From Stylophora pistillata (lineage: Eukaryota), in contig NW_019217788.1 in the NCBI RefSeq assembly GCF_002571385.2, positions 1,492,087 through 1,556,086 on the forward strand: a DNA stretch of 64,000 nucleotides. The letters are read 5' to 3'. Shown piece by piece: positions 58,672 through 64,000 of the stretch. Position numbers and translations under genes: made by a program. The stretch's first letter is position 1; every line of letters begins with the position of its first letter. The notes beneath the pieces are model-generated. The model was not told the DNA's origin, searched no databases, and worked only from the letters and a program-made list of their open reading frames with translations.

Positions 58672-59825
58672 TCATTGTTACTGTTGGTCAAGTTCGCGAG
58701 ATCGGTTATAAGCGAATACTGGGAGAGTATCATAGAATGGTTTATTGGCCCTTTGAAGCGGCTTGTAATCCCATTTATTTGTCAGGTGTTGGAAATAAAG
58801 AGTGTATAACGCGTAAGAGCTCTTTATCGTTTCTTGACATGTAGCTGGGGGGGAATGGGACTGGAAGTACCTCATGTGAAAATTGAAGTCCGCCATGGAG
58901 CGTGTTAACGAGTTGCATGCTCAGTCTTCATTGGGCAATTTATTCTCTCGTCAACACATCTGGTGGTGATGTTTTAAAGCCGTCTGTTGCCATTACCAGT
59001 TAATGAACCAACTCCTATCTTAGATCTCCTCGGACCAATGTTTTGCGAAAGAAATATCAATAGTGATGGCTACACTACATAACTCTGATTAACGTAATAA
59101 CTCGTTCCGCTAAGCACCCTTTCTTTGTGATAAGCACTCCCTCAAATTTGTTATTGTGAATAACAATAAGCGCCCCTACTCCGTTTACATGATAGCACTG
59201 TGAGGTTACATGTGCATTGAAATCAACCATTAGGTAGTTCATCTTCCTTTAATTGCTCACTTAGAGCCTCATTACCAAAACAGTGGTCCCTGTGCGTGCA
59301 TAGTTCCTTCAAACGAATTATGTAGTCTTTAAAATTTTGCGGTGTTTGTATGGCTGGTCTTTCCAGACCGAAAGGATCCAGAGAAAATTAGTCTATTCTC
59401 CAGTCTTCTTGTTCTTTTTTAAAATTAAACACCACAGCTTTGTTTCGCTCATTCTGCTGTTTCTCAAAAAAGGGATAGGAAAAAAAAAGCGCCCTTGTCC
59501 CTAATAAGCCCTCTCGCTTGAGGTACCAAATCGATACAAAAAAGTTTACAAGTGCCTTGGGCCCTAAATCAAATCATTACGGCAATTGATAAAGAGGCTT
59601 CTGTAGGAATTGAGTATTGCAGATGTCTACCTAAACCATCCAATGGAAAGATAAATTTATATAATTAAGGCTATATAACGAGGAAATCCCAACCTACTTG
59701 ATAAGCGGTAAAAGCAGGGTATCCTAATCCATATTAAGTGACAAACACCTTGTGTATCAGGACCGATGATTCACTTAATCGCGTTTAAAAATCAAGGTGC
59801 CGTATTAACCAACAATTTTTTTTTT

Positions 59826-60191
59826 AGGGACCCTTAGAAACCCCGACGGCGACGCCAAGGAAGACTTCGATTAAAAATGAATTTCTACTCTTAGTTAGAA
59901 TTTCAAAAATGGCTGCAGGAGCTTACTGTTTCATACAGCGCCACAGCTCAACTTCAGCGTGACGCATAAAATAGCCGTTGAGTTCCAAATGGAAATTAAA
60001 ATAATTTGTCGTCACGGTTTCGGTTCGCAGATGACGCAAATTTTGGCGATTTCACGTTGTTGTTTTGCATAGGACGGCTAAGAAATGTACAAAGTTTCAA
60101 AACGCACGTGCTGAGCTATTGTTCTGCCAATTAGATCTCTTGTTTTTCCACTTCCTCGTTGCCGTCGCCGTCGTGGTTTCTTAAGGTCCCC
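59826..60191. mobile_element. Harbinger-like MITE
   Basis: AGGGACCCTTAGAAACCCCGACGGCGACG...CGTCGCCGTCGTGGTTTCTTAAGGTCCCC TIRs. One-ended fragments of the family at ~47348-47455, ~52616-52755 and ~55460-55515. Confidence 0.75.
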
Positions 60192-60376
60192 AATGACATA
60201 GTTTCCTGGCAGCTGCCAAATCAGCAACGTCATTGTACTTTAGTGAAGTTTTCAACATGTGTTTCAAGCGAGAGCTGGTCGCTAGCCATTGGCAGGAATC
60301 AACAAAGCGTGAGTCTAGTTTAAAATGGTCAATCCAGTAACCAGACCAGGCAGCTTTAAGTGAACAACTTCAGTAC

Positions 60377-60377
<1 letters not shown>

Positions 60378-60415
<38 letters not shown>
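60378..60415 (+). repeat. (CAA)n microsatellite
   Basis: About 12 CAA units. Confidence 0.95.
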
Positions 60416-60416
<1 letters not shown>

Positions 60417-60655
60417 ACAGCTTTATTTCTTCCCGGCGACTGTCTAATCTAACCGCCATTTATGAAATATTTAATCTTGAAAAACATTAAGAAAGACGAC
60501 TGTTAACCTGGAATAACCAAGACGATAAAGTGATCAACACACTTGCAAATGTATTTACTATCATTAATGCTAGTTCCAGGAAACAGCCAATCGATGTAAC
60601 AATTAAAGTTTTGAATTTTCAGAAAAAGTTGTTGAGCAGCGATGTTAAGCAAAGT

Positions 60656-61540
60656 GAGGCCCTGTTAGGGGTTTTCGGGATACGGGAAATTCGCGGAAAA
60701 AAGTTACCGGGATAAGGGATATTTGAGGAAAAAGTTATTCGGATACAGGATATTGAGAAGTAGTTTCAGGGATACGGGATATTCGCAAAAAATTGTAACT
60801 ATCAGATGTTTGATGAGAAACGTTCTTGGATTACTAAAAATACATCCCTTTTTCTGTACTTTTGTTGATGATTAGATATAAATGAAAAATATATAAGTGT
60901 AAAACAAACCGTTTTTCATTTTCTTGACCAGTCATCGGCTCATCATGGACACTATGTAAGGGTAACGTGAAGTACTAAAAATACCGCGCCAGCACTCGAT
61001 CGAGGCAGCGCCACCTGATCGAGGCAAGACCTCTGTAATCGCGCAGGTCAAAGTCATTCATGACGTTACGGCGTGTATTTATAAAATCAACTGCGACAAA
61101 CCAGTCTCCAAATGGTCCTTTCAGACAAAACTTGAAGAGCAACAAAAGGGTAAACTTGTTGAACGTTTAAAAGTGTCATCCGGCCTGGTGAAGCCAACGA
61201 AGGAGCTCGGAATTTTTAACTTCAAAGTAAAACTTCATTCAGTACAAGCGAAATGTGCCCGAGGCTGAGTTTCCGAAGGGACGAATATTTGCAATTGATA
61301 GTCAAGATCAGTTCGAAGTTGTCAGACCTCTTCTCCAAGCTACTTGAAAACGATACTTTTCCAGTTTACGTTTCAATGCCAGTGAACGAATATTATAAAA
61401 TATATCGTAGCAAGTAACATATGAAAAATCGCGATACTTTAATTTCCGGGATATTTGTAACCGGAATTTATGGGGTACGGGATATTTGGTCAAAAAATTA
61501 CAGGGATACGGGATATTAAGACCCCCCCAAATGGGGCCTC
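60656..61540. mobile_element. 885-bp non-autonomous DNA element with GAGGCCC/GGGCCTC ends and 6-bp TSD
   Basis: CAAAGT duplicated at 60650-60655 and 61541-61546. GGGATACGGGATATT repeats near both ends are on the same strand. Confidence 0.8.
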
Positions 61541-62219
61541 CAAAGTCTCAAATAATAAATTTTTGGAGATTTTTTTTTTATGATAATAAAATATTCAAAA
61601 GTATCTGCATTTTACTCTTTATTGTTATATTTTTCTTGGTTAATTCCAGAGCATTCAATGATATGAACTGTTACCTCTCTAAAACTACCAGCACTCTATA
61701 CAACAGACACTTTTCTTTCTCCTCAAGGTGGTCGTTGTAGAAAGTTCATATTGTATAAATTATGTTCACCAAGCAGTGCACCAACTTCCAGTTACAGGTG
61801 TTAAAGGTATATCAAGCGTGTAACTATCACCAACATAATTTATAACTACTCTACAAACAGTTCGGGCCTTGTAACAGAACATTCGATCGAAGGTTTAGCA
61901 GCTTCAGTTCAGAGCTTAAGAATTTACAGAGAATTTAAGGTAATGGCCTTGAACTACTCAAGTTACAAGTTTTATTACTTCCTTGGAATGTAAACATTAA
62001 AAGGCAGAATCAGATGCAAACTGAGAGATAGACTTGTGTTGCTTTTAATAAATAGATGATTTTTTAAATTTCTATAGGAAAATTCCTTACCTGACGAGGG
62101 AATTCCGCGTTAAATTGCACGCGAAAACCGATGTCGCACGAATCACGAAAAAAAAGCATATAAAAAGCATATATAAAAAAACAGCATATATTTCTGGTGT
62201 TAAAATTCCTTTCTTCCAG

Positions 62220-62557
62220 GGCAGAGTGGTTCCTCAGCACCATGTAGTGCACACAATGCCCGAGTCCTCCCCTCTGAGAACGACAGAACGGCCGACGGTA
62301 ACAAATGGGAATACGTGGGCTCTGTGTCAAAGAATCTGAACGAGGAAGTAAGAAAACAAGATTGCAGAAATAGATGCGAACAAATCTGTGTGTAAGAGAG
62401 TGAGGGTAGACCGAGCTTCAACAGCTGGCCCAGTTACGTAGCTTTCTCGTCCTGTCGATACTCTGGAGGGGGTACGTGCGATTGCTATGGATGGGACCAC
62501 AAGCCCGAATGGTGTGCCAGATCAAGGTACCACTCTGGTCGGTGCGAGGGACAATAA
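62220..62557 (+). pseudogene. Cysteine-rich peptide exon with a single premature stop
   Basis: Acceptor ttcctttcttccag|. Frame reads QSGSSAPCSAHNARVLPSENDRTADGNKWEYVGSVSKNLNEEVRKQDCRNRCEQICV*ESEGRPSFNSWPSYVAFSSCRYSGGGTCDCYGWDHKPEWCARSRYHSGRCEGQ**. GC-rich island in AT-rich DNA; AATAAA at ~62614. Confidence 0.55.
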
Positions 62558-63249
62558 TAACTGTCAAAGCGTACAAGTATCCGATTTCCCCCTACAAGGC
62601 TTTCGGCCAGTGTAATAAATATTTTATGATGCGATATGATATCAAACCTATTTTATTTGCCTGGCCTACGAGATAAACTCATTAAAAGGAATAAGAATGC
62701 AGCACTTTTGTTTGCCTGTGACTTCATTGTATTGGTTAAAATATTTATTTTTAAGTCTGAAGATGTTTGTCAAATGGGTGACCTATTTCGTGATATATAT
62801 ATTTTTTTGCCTTTCTTTTTCTTCCCTTTTCTCTATTCATTTCTTTCCTTTCAATTTACGTTATCCTCTTAGGGATATGTTAGAAATGTTCAGAATAAAA
62901 CGCACATTGACAACGTTTGATGACGTAGCTCTTAAGTTCAAATCGATAACAAGTCGAAATGCAGAGGTGAGATCCTGAACAAACATCGAACTAAACCCGA
63001 ACAAAACTAAAATGAAACCGAACAGATTCGTTCAACGATGGCCAGAGTCGAAGCTGAACCAGATTACACGAGTCGAGCCAAGTCATACGAGACCTCATGA
63101 GTTTCTCACAATAGTCCACCATACGTAAACCGTGAGGGGTTTAGGGGAAGGTTTACGTACGGAGATCCACTGCACAGCCACCTGTCCCTGTCATCACTAC
63201 AGTTTGCCGCTGAGAGTCACCTCGCAGGCTCGGTACGATTATGTGGTTA

Positions 63250-63500
63250 GTGCACCCATTAGCCTTTACAGGTGCGCTTAAAACTGTGTCAGGCGTACAC
63301 TACTGGATTCAATAATTTAAAACTTCATTATAAACAGTTTGGCCTCATTAACAAAGCATTTAATCTCAGGCTTAGTAGCTTCAGTTCAGAGCTAAAGAAC
63401 TCTTCAGAAATTTTAAGGTAAGTGCCTTTAGGTTTTCCACAATTATATTATTTATTATTTCCTTGGAATCTAAATTTTGGGAGGCGGGTCAGGAAAAAAA
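63250..63500 (+). promoter_or_regulatory. Paralogous copy of the ~61780-62010 promoter/leader-exon block
   Basis: TTACAGGTG...AAACAGTT...GCTTCAGTTCAGAGCT.AAGAA...TTTAAG|GTAA occurs at both places and ends in a splice donor. Confidence 0.55.
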
Positions 63501-64000
63501 CTAAAAACTTAAACCTTTGAGAGTTGGGTCGCTTTATTTTTTATTGTTTTGATTTTCATGAACATCTCTGAATTTTTTTACTGTTCCGTGCTTTAGATTT
63601 CGTTGTGTACCCTCGAAGATCTAAGATTAATCAATGAATTACAAATACTGATTGATCACTTTCTTCTTTTCGAAAAAGGAATCATTTTTTTGCATTTTGT
63701 TCCCAAAACGTAGAAACTATCTCAAAAATACATCACCCGTTCCTTGAATGTGTTTTCATTCCAATTGATTCTAAATTATCAAACAATTCTTTAAGTAATG
63801 GTCCGTATAAGAAGTAGGTATAAAACAATAGGCCCGATCCAAATACGGCCGTTAAACATTGAGGTGTTAATCCCTTAATTCAATAAAAATCCTTGAGGCT
63901 CATCGGCGGTTTATCGATTGAGCGCGAAATTCATGCTTAACTTGGATGTAAAAACGTAGGAAATGCATTTTTGATGGCTTTGACGATATTAACCTGTTGG

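Noticed and set aside
62393-62395. Selenocysteine recoding of the in-frame stop
   Set aside because: The stop is TAA, not TGA.

Overview
Eukaryotic, intron-rich, AT-rich genomic DNA. Repeat families and gene content suggest an anthozoan, probably a scleractinian coral; this is inference. Genes reconstructed by hand from splice sites and frame phase: (1) a 12-coding-exon, ~1097-aa RRM + low-complexity + coiled-coil gene (+, 1310-22134) whose RNP1-splitting intron holds an antisense, single-ORF BEN-domain gene (-, 11276-12091); (2) two tandem 10-exon MFSD12-like MFS transporters (+, 25391-31846 and 34629-45952); (3) a cluster of three secreted single-domain TIMP/NTR genes, one intact, one pseudogene and one with a duplicated, frameshifted exon that splicing might rescue; (4) a cysteine-rich peptide exon with one premature stop at 62220-62557, whose putative leader exon is duplicated at ~63.3 kb. 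Introns are full of mobile DNA: a four-level nested insertion, an internally deleted Harbinger, a CR1-like LINE relic, tRNA-SINEs, a solo LTR, piggyBac-, Tc1- and Kolobok-like MITEs and 6-bp-TSD elements. The most unusual structural signals are five small non-coding elements from four sequence families, each with an internal reverse complement of its own joined ends (a DIRS-ICR-like circle-junction design), and an inverted-plus-tandem tRNA-containing concatemer inside one 13-bp TSD. There is a 21-N assembly gap at 55190-55210.
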